From Candidatus Rokuibacteriota bacterium (GTDB lineage: Bacteria; Methylomirabilota; Methylomirabilia; Rokubacteriales; CSP1-6), in NCBI GenBank assembly GCA_003220265.1, contig QHRW01000115.1, positions 1,391-65,390 on the forward strand: a stretch of DNA of 64,000 nt, read 5' to 3'. Shown one piece after another: positions 8,792 to 17,994 of the stretch. Numbering within the stretch: position 1 is the first letter of the stretch; each line of letters starts with the position of its first letter. A program made the position numbers and the translations under genes. The notes under the pieces are model-generated. The model worked only from the letters and a program-made list of their open reading frames with translations, made no database searches and had not been told where the DNA came from.

Positions 8792-9747
8792 CGCGCGCCG
8801 AGCGAGCGCAGCAGCGCGTCCTCGGCGCCGAAGTCCACGTCGCGCTTGTCGAGGCCCTCGCGCGTGTACCAGGCGAGCGTGTGGGCGAGGCCGGCGCCCA
8901 GCGTGTAGCGCGGGCGCAGCCCCAGCTCGGCGCGCACGCGCGTGGTCGTGTGCACGGCGTGGCAGTCGTAGGCGAGGTTCTGGCCGAACGGCGCCGCCTT
9001 GCCTCCGGCCGGAGTGGGCGCGGACACGACAGTGAGCGGCCGCTTCATGACCTCCGCGATGAGCTCGACGAAGCCCACCTGGGTGATCGTCTCCTCGCCC
9101 ATGACGTTGTAGGCGCGCCCGGAGGCGGCCGGGTTGCCGAGCATCGCCGCCATGGCGTCGGCCAGGTCCTCCACGTGGCCGAACTGGCGCAGCCAGCCGC
9201 CGGCGTCCGGCACCAGCACCGGGCGGCCGCGCGCCAGCCGGTCGAAGAAGAACGTCTCGTTGTTCCGCGTGTTCAGCGGGCCGTAGACGTGGGTGGGGCG
9301 CACGATCGTCACCGGCAGTCCGCGGTCGCGATGCCGCGCGAGCAGCACGTCCTCGCCCGCGATCTTGTGCTTCGCGTACTCGCCCCAGTAGAGGCTGCGC
9401 GGCGTGTCCTCGTCGTAGGGGATCGGCCGCGCGTGGTCGTACACGCGCGCAGTGGACACGAAGATCACGTGGCCGACCGCGGCGGGCGCGTCCAGCATCG
9501 CGGCCACGTCCTCGCCGGTGGTCGGCGCGTACGTCACGTCCACCAGCCCGTCGAAGCGCTGGCCGCCGAGCGCCGCGCGCAGCGCCGCCGGGTCCTTGCG
9601 GTCGGCGACCAGCCGCTCGACGCCGGAGGGCAAGCGCTCGGAGCGGCGCCCGCGGTTGAGCACGGCCACCCGGTGGCCGTCGCGCTGGAGCGCGCGCACC
9701 AGGTGCAGGCTGATGAACTCGGTGCCGCCGACGACGAGGACGCGCAC
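8788..9747 (-). CDS. NAD-dependent epimerase/dehydratase family protein
   Basis: MRVLVVGGTEFISLHLVRAL (Rossmann fold), Y..AK catalytic pair YAKHK. GTG start, with a 4-nt overlap onto the downstream gene. Confidence 0.8.
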   Translation of the reverse strand: MRVLVVGGTEFISLHLVRALQRDGHRVAVLNRGRRSERLPSGVERLVADRKDPAALRAALGGQRFDGLVDVTYAPTTGEDVAAMLDAPAAVGHVIFVSTARVYDHARPIPYDEDTPRSLYWGEYAKHKIAGEDVLLARHRDRGLPVTIVRPTHVYGPLNTRNNETFFFDRLARGRPVLVPDAGGWLRQFGHVEDLADAMAAMLGNPAASGRAYNVMGEETITQVGFVELIAEVMKRPLTVVSAPTPAGGKAAPFGQNLAYDCHAVHTTTRVRAELGLRPRYTLGAGLAHTLAWYTREGLDKRDVDFGAEDALLRSLGAR

Positions 9748-9748
9748 G

Positions 9749-10024
9749 TCAGCCGATGGCGACCGCGACGCACGTGGTGGTGCGCGTCACGCCGTCGATG
9801 GCGCCGATCTCGTCGGTGACCAGCCGCCCGATGGCGTCGAGGGTGGGCCCCTCGACCTGGGCGATGAAGTCGTACGGCCCGGTGACCGCGTCCAGGTGGG
9901 CCAGCGTGGAGTTGCTGCCGGTGATCCGGCTCAGCTCCTTCTTGACGTTCTTCGTCTTGCCGGGAGCCGTCTCGATGAGGACGTAGGCCTTCATGCCGCG
10001 GCGGGCGGCGGCCTTGGTAGGCAT
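9749..10024 (-). CDS. Small Lrp/AsnC ligand-binding (RAM) domain protein
   Basis: MKAYVLIETAPGKTKNVKKELSRI...VTGPYDFIAQVEGPTLDAIGRLVTDEI. AGGAGG lies 7 nt upstream of ATG 10024. Confidence 0.7.
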   Translation of the reverse strand: MPTKAAARRGMKAYVLIETAPGKTKNVKKELSRITGSNSTLAHLDAVTGPYDFIAQVEGPTLDAIGRLVTDEIGAIDGVTRTTTCVAVAIG

Positions 10025-10043
10025 GGTCAGCCTCCTGATCGGC

Positions 10044-10463
10044 TCAGCGCCGGCTGGTGGCGCCGAGGAAGTTGGCGAGCGTGGACCGGAACCAGGCCGG
10101 CCGCTCGACGACGCGGCCGCCCTCGAGATCGACGCGGGTGCCCCGCTCGTCGGTGTGGTTGGCGCGCTCGAAGCGGACGGTGAGCCGGGTGTTGAGGGGC
10201 CCCTGCCGCAGCGTCAGCGCCTCGCCCGCGCTCTCGTCGCCCAGCCGGGCCACCAGCACGAAGAAGCCGTCGGCGTCGGTCTCGGCGAGATAGGAGAAGC
10301 CCGTCTTGTTGCGGATCAGCTCGACCGTCTGGTTCGGCCGGGGCTTGCCGGTCGCGTCCTTCACGTAGCCCAGGACCGTGTAGCGGTAGTAGACCTCGTG
10401 CTCGGCTCGCGCGGGCGTCGCCGCCACCAGGACGAGCAGCGGCAGCAGCAGGACGGTGCGCAT
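10044..10463 (-). CDS. Secreted hypothetical protein (carboxypeptidase-regulatory-like beta domain?)
   Basis: Internal start of ORF 10044..10886: MRTVLLLPLLVLVAATPARA signal peptide, then GYVKDATGKPRPNQTVELI...TDADGFF. Confidence 0.6.
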   Translation of the reverse strand: MRTVLLLPLLVLVAATPARAEHEVYYRYTVLGYVKDATGKPRPNQTVELIRNKTGFSYLAETDADGFFVLVARLGDESAGEALTLRQGPLNTRLTVRFERANHTDERGTRVDLEGGRVVERPAWFRSTLANFLGATSRR

Positions 10464-10831
10464 CACTCGGCAGAGTCTAACAGATGCTTCCGCAGCAGCG
10501 TGCGGTGGCAGCGCCGTGGATCGGCGCACCCGCAGAGCAGGGTGACGGGCCCCTGCCGGGCCAGGGCCCGCAGCTCGGCCAGGGCCGCCTGCGCCTCGGG
10601 CCGGCGCAGACCTGCGAAGTACCGCGGGCGGTACTGCGCCCACGTGATGTCGCCGTCCAGGAAGGCGCGCAGCAGCGGGATCACGGGCGCCAGCTCGCGC
10701 AGCCACACGTCCACCCGCTCTTTCCGGATCCCCCTCGGCCAGTACCGCATGATGAGCACGCGGGTGCCGTCCTGGGGCGCGGCCGGCTCGTACACGCGCT
10801 TCGTGCTCACGGCTGTCCGGCGTCTCTTCAT
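10463..10831 (-). CDS. DUF488 family protein
   Basis: RVLIMRYWPRGIRKERVDVWLRELAP...LLCGCADPRRCHR. Confidence 0.75.
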   Translation of the reverse strand: MKRRRTAVSTKRVYEPAAPQDGTRVLIMRYWPRGIRKERVDVWLRELAPVIPLLRAFLDGDITWAQYRPRYFAGLRRPEAQAALAELRALARQGPVTLLCGCADPRRCHRTLLRKHLLDSAE

Positions 10832-10921
10832 CGCTCCGCATTTGACTACAGTGGCCGCGCGAAGTCATTCCGTGAGTCGCTGGCACGATCGGTGCTTTCC
10901 ACGCTCCGTGGAGGACTAGTC

Positions 10922-11488
10922 ATGAACGAGTCCAGCCGCGCCAATGTCTGGAAACTGACCGCGATCGGCGTCGTCGTCGCCGTGGCATCCGCCCTCGTCA
11001 CCGGCCTTGTCGTCGCCAATCGCGCATCAGCCCCCACGCAGGACGCGCGGGTCGAGGCCCCGTCGGCTGCGCCGACCGCCGTCGTGACGCCTCCCGCCGC
11101 GACGCCCCCCGCGGCCGTGGCGCAGGCACCGGCAACACCGCCGGCCGCCGCCGAGGCGACCAACCCTGGGGTGCCGACACGCGAGGCCATCAACGCCTGT
11201 AACCGGCATGCGGCCAACCAGGCCGGCAGCGCGCCGAAAGAAGGCAAGGACAAGTACATCGACATCGCCAAGGACGCCGGCATCGGCGCCGTCGGCGGTG
11301 CCGCGGTGGGCGCCCTGGGAGGTGCGGCGGTCAAGGGTGGCAAGGGCGCAGGCAAGGGAGCGTTGCTCGGTGGCGCACTGGGCGCCGGCGGCGGCACGCT
11401 CTATGGCATCTGGGACAACAAGAAGGACGACGAGCGGTACCGCGCGGCCTACGGCTCCTGCATGAAGTCACGCGGCTACACGGGATGA
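10922..11488 (+). CDS. Membrane-anchored glycine-zipper protein
   Basis: MNESSRANVWKLTAIGVVVAVASALVTGLVV (TM), an Ala/Pro linker, then GIGAVGGAAVGALGGAAVKGGKGAGKGALLGGALGAGGG. GGAGGA lies upstream of ATG 10922. Confidence 0.65.
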   Translation: MNESSRANVWKLTAIGVVVAVASALVTGLVVANRASAPTQDARVEAPSAAPTAVVTPPAATPPAAVAQAPATPPAAAEATNPGVPTREAINACNRHAANQAGSAPKEGKDKYIDIAKDAGIGAVGGAAVGALGGAAVKGGKGAGKGALLGGALGAGGGTLYGIWDNKKDDERYRAAYGSCMKSRGYTG

Positions 11489-11841
11489 GGACGATGCGAG
11501 CTTTCAGCACCTTCAGGATTTTTGTGGCGATGCTCCTGGTCGTGGCATTTCTGCCGGCGTGCCAGTCGATGAGCGGCCGGAGCGCCGGTCGGGTCATCGA
11601 TGACAAGGCGATCTCGGCTCAGGTCAAGACGAAGCTGGCCGCGGACAAGGCCTCGAGCCTCACGCGCATCGGCGTGACGACCGTCAACGGTGTCGTGCAC
11701 CTCGACGGCGTCGTCGACAACGTCGACGACAGGGCCCGCGCGGTGGACATCGCGCGGCGGGTGGCCGGTGCCAACAAGGTCGTGGACAACATCCAGGTCA
11801 ACCCGACACCGGCGGCGTCGCCGTCGGGGTCAACGAAGTAG
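11485..11841 (+). CDS. BON-domain lipoprotein (OsmY-like)
   Basis: Lipobox FLPAC, then DDKAISAQVKTKLAAD...VTTVNGVVHLDGVVDNVDDRARAVDIARRVAGANKVVDNIQV. Confidence 0.8.
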   Translation: MRTMRAFSTFRIFVAMLLVVAFLPACQSMSGRSAGRVIDDKAISAQVKTKLAADKASSLTRIGVTTVNGVVHLDGVVDNVDDRARAVDIARRVAGANKVVDNIQVNPTPAASPSGSTK

Positions 11842-14800
11842 CCGCGGGCCGGGATAGCCGTCCCAGGTCAGTCGCGCGCCGTCGGCGCTGAAGCCGGCCT
11901 CGATGAAGGCGGCGAACGCCTCGGTCTCGCGAATGGGACGGCTATCCCAGCCAACGATCTCCAGCCGGCGCACGGGCCGCAGCGTCAGCGGCCGCTCCAT
12001 CAGCGTCTGCAGTGCGCGCACCGTGCCCGGCAGATCCACCGGCTCGAATGCCGCCAGCGGCGTCAGCTCACGCCCGTAATTTTCGGCGACGACCACCGGT
12101 CGCCCCGCGCGCACGATCAGCCAGGCGTGCGGCAGCCGCGCCACGCCGAGCCGGCCACCGTCCCGCCGTGACAGCGGCCACGCGCGGCCCCAGAGGTTGG
12201 CCGGATCCGCGAGGTTGACGAGGACGTGTGGCTCAGCACGACGCGGACTTGCAGCCAGGTTGGTCAGGGAATCCTCGAGGGCGTATTGCTCGCCGGAGAG
12301 CCCCTCGACGAAGTAGCCGCGGACGACTTCGCCGCCGTATTCCATCCGCAGCAGCGTGTGGCGCAGGGTCGCCCAGTCGCCCCGCGCCAGCTCGCGGGTC
12401 ACCACTGCGTAGCGCGCCAGCAAGAGCTGAGCGCGGGCTTCTTCGCGTTCCTCGGGCGAGAGCCGCTCCTCTTCGGCGAGCGCACTCCACCGTCCGATCG
12501 GCGGCAGGTGAGCGAGCAAACCCCGGGCCTGACCGCGACGCGGCCGCCGCCGGCGCGCTGATCCGGTCTCCGCGCCACGCGGTGAGGCAGCGGCGGCCAC
12601 GATCGCGCTGAACGTGTCCGGCGTCGCCAGGCCGGCGCGGAACAGATCCCAGAGCGCCGCCTCGACCTGCGGCGGCTCGAGGCCGGCGCCGCGGGCGAGA
12701 TCGCGCGCGAACGAGGCACCGCGGAGCTGCAGGTGCAACAGGACGTTCTTGGTTTTCGGATCGAGCTCCGGCCGCTCGCCGGTCTCCCGCAGCCAGCCCA
12801 CGTTGTCGCGCAGGGCGACGCCGACGCGCCCCGCGGCGGGCTCGAAGACCGTCCACACGATCTCGCCGGCCAGCCCGAGGCGATCGAGCCACTCGCGCTG
12901 GTAGTCCTCCACGCGGGCGGACAGCAGGTCCTGCTCCCAGACCTTGACGGGAAAGTCCTCGCCCTGCAGCAGCTCGAGGGCGGCCAGTACGCCGGGCGGG
13001 CCGACCAGGCGGTGCTCGGGGTGCAGGTGATGACGGCGCAGCAGGAAGGCCGCGAACTGCTCGGCCGTGGCGACCGGGCGGGGCACGCGTCGCGCGTGCA
13101 CCTGGCGCCGCTGGATCTCGTCGAGCACTGCGATGTGGAGATACCTCTCCAGCTTGAGGGGGGCGCTGCCCCCCTCAAGCTCCTCCCGCATGAAGTCGCC
13201 ACGGCGCACGACCCCCCGGGCGACCAGCCGCTCCAGCGCCGGCTGGATATCGTCCGGGGTGAGCCCGTAGCGTTCGGCGAGTGACTGAGCGGTGACGGGG
13301 CCGCGGGTGCGGAGCGCGCGCAGGGCGATGCGCTCGAGCCCGGCCTCCGTGGCCAGCCCCGCGTAGAGCGGCGCGTCGGTGGCGGGAATCCAGGCGTGCC
13401 GCGCGCCGAACTCGACGAGCGTGATCCGGCGCTCGGCGAGCAGCGCGGCGATCAGCGCGTCGGCGTCGCTCACCACGCGCTCGCCGATCTCGGCGCGGGT
13501 GAGGTCGCCCAGGTCGTCGAGAATCGCGGCCAGCTCGTTGGCGTCGCGCGCGCGGCGCTCGGGCGTCGTCCGTTGCAGCTCGGCCTCGACGGCGGCGATG
13601 ATCTCCGGACGCAGCGGGCCGGGCGCCACGCTCCAGTTCTTGCGCATGGCCACCGTGTCGGAGCGCCGCTCCTCGGCGTGGCCGGTGTCGAGATACGCCC
13701 AGTCCCAGGCCAGCAGCAGCGGGTAGACGAACGGCGAGGGCACCGGCGTGTCCACGTGCCGCGTCCACATCTCGCCGTCGTGCAGCCGCTCCAGGACGCG
13801 CTTGAGCCGCGGGACGTCGTAGGCGTCGTTGAAGCACTCGCGCAGCGTCTCGGCGACCACGGGGAAATCGGGCTGGCCCTTGACGGCCTCCAGCAGCGCA
13901 TCCGCCTTCAGCCGCTGCAGGTAGGCGGGCGTGCGTTGCCCGCGCGTCATGCGGGGGATGAAGAGCGCGCGCACGGCGGCGTGGCGGAAGCGCGTGCCGA
14001 ACAACGGCGAGCCGATCAGCGCCTCGCCGAGCAGATTGTCGAGCTCCTCGGGCGCCACCAGCGTCACCAGGCGCTCGGGCGCCGGCGGCACCTGGCCCGG
14101 CGCGAACGACAGGAGGATGCCGTCGTCCACGTGGCTAACTTCGGCCTGCAGGCCGAAGCGGCGGCGCACCTGCTCGCGCAGCGCCATGCCCCAGGCGCCG
14201 TTGATGCGCATGCCGAAGACCGAGTGGATCATGGCGTGGCGGCCGCCCATCTCGTCGGAGAACGACTCGACGACGATGCCCTGGTCGTCCGCCACGCCCT
14301 GCAGCACCTCGCCGGCCTTCACGAGCCACGCGTGCATCGCGGCGGTGGCCCGCGCGTCCAGGCCGCACTCGCGGGCGGCCCAGGCGGCGAAGTCGGGGGC
14401 ATCCAGGCGCTCGGCCGCGTCGCGGCGCAGCCGGCCGACGGCGACGCCGAGGTCCCACGAGCGCGAGGGGTGCTCGCCCTTCCAGAACGGGATGGTCGGC
14501 GACATGCCCTGGGCGTCCTCTACCAGCACGCGGTCGGCGCGGACCTTGGCGATCTTCCACGCGTGCGAGCCCAGCAGGAACACGTCGCCCGGCAGGCTCT
14601 CGGTGACGAACTCCTCGTCGAGCGTGCCCACCTTGAGGTCCGTCTCGGCCACGTAGACGTCGTAGAGCCCGGCGTCGGGGATGGTGCCGCCCGCCGTCAG
14701 CGCCAGGAACCGGCTGCCGCGCCGCGCGTGCAGGCGATCGTTCACGCGGTCCCACAGGATCCGCGGCGCCACGCCTTTCACCTCGGCCGGCAGCGGCTCC

Positions 14801-16245
14801 GCCTCCGAGCGCACGACCTCGCGGAAGGTCTCGCGCGCCAGCGTGCGGTAGGGGAACGCGCTCACGAACCGCTCGTAGAGCGCATCCACGCCGATCGACT
14901 CGGCGGCCACGGCCGCGACGACCTGCTGGGCCAGCACGTCCAGCGGCGCCTCCGGCATCGCGATGCGATCGAGGCGATGCTCGCGGATCGTGCGCACGAC
15001 GGCCGCGGCCTCCAGCAGCTCCTCGCCTTTCGTGACGAGAATGCGCCCCTTCGAGGTGCGCGACAGCAGATGGCCGGCGCGCCCCACGCGCTGCAGCGCG
15101 GCCGCCACGTTGCGCGGCGACTGCACCTGGATCACGAGGTCGATCGCGCCCACGTCGATGCCGAGCTCGAGCGACGAGGTGGCGACGAGCGCCCGCAGCT
15201 CGCCCGCCTTGAGCCGGTTCTCGGCCTCCAGCCGCGCGCGCCGCGAGAGTGACCCATGATGGGCCGCCACTTTGTTGCCGAAGGGGGCTACGCCCCCCTC
15301 GCTCTCCCCTTTGTTGGCGAAGGGGGCTACGCCCCCCTCGCTCTCCCCCGGTCCATCGGGGATCCGATCGTTGAGGTCCCGCGCCAGCCGCTCGGCCGCC
15401 CGCCGGCTCTGCGCGAACACCAGCGTCGTGCGGTGGGCCAGCACCAGCTCGGCGATCTGCTGGAGCGCCGCGTCCCACACGGTGTCGCTGGTCGCCGTGA
15501 GGAAGTCGTCCACCGGCGAGACGACCTGCACGTCGAGGTCGCGCGAGAAGCCGGCGTCCACAACCAACGGTTCGCGCCCGGTGGCGCCCGTCAGAAAGGC
15601 CAGCGCATCCTCGATGGGGCTCACCGTCGCCGAGCAGCCGATGCGCTGCGGGCGCGCGCCCGGCTCACGCTCGGCCACCAGCGCCTGCAGCCGCTCCAGC
15701 GAGAGCGCGAGGTGAGAGCCGCGCTTGCTGCCCATGAGCGCGTGGACCTCGTCCACGATGACGAAGCGGGCCTGGGCCAGCGCCGGCCGGAAGCCCGCGC
15801 TCGTGAGCAGGATGTAGAGCGACTCGGGCGTGGTGATCAGCACGTGAGGCGGCCGTCGGGTCATCGCCTGGCGCGCGGCCGCCAGCGTGTCGCCGGTGCG
15901 GACGGCCACGCGGACCTCGGGGACGTCGAGGCCGTCGGCCTCGGCCGCGGCGCGGATGCCGGCCAGTGGCTCGCGCAGGTTCTTCTCGATGTCGTTGTTC
16001 AGCGCGCGCAGCGGCGAGACGTAGACCACGTAGACGCGGTCCTCGAGACGTCCCTCGAGCCCCAGCCGGTGCAGGTGGTCCAGCGCCCACAGAAACGACG
16101 CCAGCGTCTTGCCGGACCCCGTCGGCGCCACGATGAGCGTGTCGCGGCCGGAGGCGATCGCGTCCCAGCCCTCACGCTGCGGGCGGGTGGCCTCGGTGAA
16201 CGTCGCCTCGAACCAGCGACGGACGAAGGGGAGGAACTGCGGCAT
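11830..16245 (-). CDS. lhr: ATP-dependent helicase Lhr (large helicase-related, DEAD/DEAH superfamily 2)
   Basis: 1471 aa: APTGSGKT (Walker A), VIVDEVH, CSATV, HHGSLSRRAR, TSSLELGIDVG, QRVGRAGH, plus a long Lhr-type C-terminal domain. Confidence 0.9.
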   Translation of the reverse strand: MPQFLPFVRRWFEATFTEATRPQREGWDAIASGRDTLIVAPTGSGKTLASFLWALDHLHRLGLEGRLEDRVYVVYVSPLRALNNDIEKNLREPLAGIRAAAEADGLDVPEVRVAVRTGDTLAAARQAMTRRPPHVLITTPESLYILLTSAGFRPALAQARFVIVDEVHALMGSKRGSHLALSLERLQALVAEREPGARPQRIGCSATVSPIEDALAFLTGATGREPLVVDAGFSRDLDVQVVSPVDDFLTATSDTVWDAALQQIAELVLAHRTTLVFAQSRRAAERLARDLNDRIPDGPGESEGGVAPFANKGESEGGVAPFGNKVAAHHGSLSRRARLEAENRLKAGELRALVATSSLELGIDVGAIDLVIQVQSPRNVAAALQRVGRAGHLLSRTSKGRILVTKGEELLEAAAVVRTIREHRLDRIAMPEAPLDVLAQQVVAAVAAESIGVDALYERFVSAFPYRTLARETFREVVRSEAEPLPAEVKGVAPRILWDRVNDRLHARRGSRFLALTAGGTIPDAGLYDVYVAETDLKVGTLDEEFVTESLPGDVFLLGSHAWKIAKVRADRVLVEDAQGMSPTIPFWKGEHPSRSWDLGVAVGRLRRDAAERLDAPDFAAWAARECGLDARATAAMHAWLVKAGEVLQGVADDQGIVVESFSDEMGGRHAMIHSVFGMRINGAWGMALREQVRRRFGLQAEVSHVDDGILLSFAPGQVPPAPERLVTLVAPEELDNLLGEALIGSPLFGTRFRHAAVRALFIPRMTRGQRTPAYLQRLKADALLEAVKGQPDFPVVAETLRECFNDAYDVPRLKRVLERLHDGEMWTRHVDTPVPSPFVYPLLLAWDWAYLDTGHAEERRSDTVAMRKNWSVAPGPLRPEIIAAVEAELQRTTPERRARDANELAAILDDLGDLTRAEIGERVVSDADALIAALLAERRITLVEFGARHAWIPATDAPLYAGLATEAGLERIALRALRTRGPVTAQSLAERYGLTPDDIQPALERLVARGVVRRGDFMREELEGGSAPLKLERYLHIAVLDEIQRRQVHARRVPRPVATAEQFAAFLLRRHHLHPEHRLVGPPGVLAALELLQGEDFPVKVWEQDLLSARVEDYQREWLDRLGLAGEIVWTVFEPAAGRVGVALRDNVGWLRETGERPELDPKTKNVLLHLQLRGASFARDLARGAGLEPPQVEAALWDLFRAGLATPDTFSAIVAAAASPRGAETGSARRRRPRRGQARGLLAHLPPIGRWSALAEEERLSPEEREEARAQLLLARYAVVTRELARGDWATLRHTLLRMEYGGEVVRGYFVEGLSGEQYALEDSLTNLAASPRRAEPHVLVNLADPANLWGRAWPLSRRDGGRLGVARLPHAWLIVRAGRPVVVAENYGRELTPLAAFEPVDLPGTVRALQTLMERPLTLRPVRRLEIVGWDSRPIRETEAFAAFIEAGFSADGARLTWDGYPGPRLLR
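13151..13181. repeat. 31-nt palindrome (14-bp stem, 3-nt loop) embedded in frame in lhr
   Basis: AGCTTGAGGGGGGC-GCT-GCCCCCCTCAAGCT, paired by hand. On the gene strand it encodes ELEGGSAPLKL. Confidence 0.75.
15271..15348. repeat. 2 x 39-nt in-frame tandem duplication inside lhr, each copy carrying a GC hairpin
   Basis: 15271-15309 and 15310-15348 differ at 1 of 39 positions. The core is CGAAGGGGGC-TAC-GCCCCCCTCG. They encode GESEGGVAPFANK and GESEGGVAPFGNK. Confidence 0.85.
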
Positions 16246-16265
16246 ACCCGATCATTGTAACGACT

Positions 16266-17576
16266 ATGGCGAGAGCCGTCAGGCTGGCCGCCTGTTACTC
16301 TCGGGCGGTGAAGCGGGACGCGGACGTCATCGTGGTGGGCGGCGGACCGGCCGGTGCGCTGGCGGCGCTCGCGCTCGCCCGGCGCGGCGTGGACGTGCTC
16401 GTCCTCGACAAGAAGCGCTTTCCGCGCGACAAGCCCTGCGGCGGCGGCATCCGCCACGGCGTCTACGCGCGCTTTCCCGACCTGGCGGCCACGCTGCGGA
16501 ACAAGGTCGGCATCCACGAGATCCGTCGCGTGCTGATGGAGTCGCCCGGCGGGCACGCGGTTCTCGCCTCGCGGGACACGCCGCTCTACCTGACGATGCG
16601 CCGCACGGAGCTCGACGCCGCGCTCCTGGCCGAGGCGCGCGCGGCCGGCGCGCGGGTCGGCGAGAGCGCGCGAGTGACCGAGGTCGAGCGCGGGCACGAG
16701 GGCGTCGTCGTGCGCTGCGTGAACGGCGACGCGCTGACGGCGCGCCTGGTGATCGGCGCCGACGGCGTCAACAGCGTGGTCGCGCGCGCGGCCGGGCTCA
16801 CCCGCGGCTTCACCGACGACGCGCTGGCGATCGACACGATGGAAGAGACGCCGCTCGCCGAGCTCTCGATGGCCGATCCCGAGACGATGTACGTCGCGTA
16901 CGGCTACAAGGGCCGGCCCGGCTACGGCTACGTGTTCCCGAAGGCCGACTGCGTGGACTTCGGCGTGGGCTACATGCTGCCGTACTACAAGCGTGCGCTG
17001 GCGGGACCACCGTATCCGCACCACGCGCGCTTCCTCGAAGAGGTCGCCGCGCGCGGCATCGTGCGGGGGCGCTCGAATCCCGACAACTTCAAGGCCTACC
17101 GGCTGCCGCTCGGCGGCCCGCTGGCGCGCACGGTCGCCGACCGGGTGCTCGTGTGCGGCGACGCCGGCGGCTTCGTTAACGCGTACACGGGCGAAGGGAT
17201 CTACTACGCCATGGTGACCGGTCGCCACGCCGGCGAGGTGGCGGCCGCGGCGATCGCGTCCGGCGACGCCTCGGCGTCGCGGCTAGGGGAGTACGAGCAG
17301 CGCTGGCGCGCCGAGATCGGCGACGAGCTGGCCGACTCGGTGCGAATCCAGCGGCGGCTCTTCGCCAGCCCCGCGCTGGCGGATGCCATCATCCGCGCGG
17401 CGGCCCTCGACGCGCGGCTCTGCCGGCTCTTCGCGCTGGTCGCGCTCGGCGAGGCGAGCTTGCGACGCCACCGCTTCGAGATGGCGTGGCGGTTCTTCGC
17501 CGCGCGAGTGAAGGGACGCTGGCGTTGGGCGCGCTCGCTGGGTCAGCGCGGCCAGCCGGACAGTCCGCGGCCGTAG
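16266..17576 (+). CDS. Geranylgeranyl reductase family FAD-dependent oxidoreductase
   Basis: DVIVVGGGPAGALAALALARRG, PCGGGI, GADGVNSVVAR, CGDAGGFVN. Confidence 0.8.
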   Translation: MARAVRLAACYSRAVKRDADVIVVGGGPAGALAALALARRGVDVLVLDKKRFPRDKPCGGGIRHGVYARFPDLAATLRNKVGIHEIRRVLMESPGGHAVLASRDTPLYLTMRRTELDAALLAEARAAGARVGESARVTEVERGHEGVVVRCVNGDALTARLVIGADGVNSVVARAAGLTRGFTDDALAIDTMEETPLAELSMADPETMYVAYGYKGRPGYGYVFPKADCVDFGVGYMLPYYKRALAGPPYPHHARFLEEVAARGIVRGRSNPDNFKAYRLPLGGPLARTVADRVLVCGDAGGFVNAYTGEGIYYAMVTGRHAGEVAAAAIASGDASASRLGEYEQRWRAEIGDELADSVRIQRRLFASPALADAIIRAAALDARLCRLFALVALGEASLRRHRFEMAWRFFAARVKGRWRWARSLGQRGQPDSPRP

Positions 17577-17896
17577 CGGTCGGTGCCGGGCGCGCTGCGC
17601 CAGTCGCGCTGCGAATCGCGTGAGTCGTCGCGCCGCTGCTCCTGCCGCTTCGCCGTGGACTCCTCCGTCCCGCCGTCGGTGCCCTTCGCGCGGTAGTCGG
17701 CATGATAGTCGGCCTGGTAGTTCGCCTGGCCCGACGACGAGCCGGACCCGCTGACCGGCCCAGGCATCGCGTACGGCGAGTCGGCGGTGCCACCCGCACG
17801 CCGATCGGCCGCCGCGGCCCGCTCGGTTGAAGCCAGGGCGCCGAGCGACGCAAGCCACAGTGCAGCCAAGGTCACCCGCACGAACCTTCTCTTCAT
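17543..17896 (-). CDS. Secreted hypothetical protein (low complexity)
   Basis: MKRRFVRVTLAALWLASLGALAS signal peptide. GGAGGAG lies upstream of the ATG. Confidence 0.5.
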   Translation of the reverse strand: MKRRFVRVTLAALWLASLGALASTERAAAADRRAGGTADSPYAMPGPVSGSGSSSGQANYQADYHADYRAKGTDGGTEESTAKRQEQRRDDSRDSQRDWRSAPGTDRYGRGLSGWPR

Positions 17897-17994
17897 GGGT
17901 CTCCTCCACGGCCACCGCGATTCCGGCGGCTTCCCGGCTCAGCCGCCTCTGGACATGCACGTTTCGCACCGGCGACGTCCGGTAGAATGAACGC

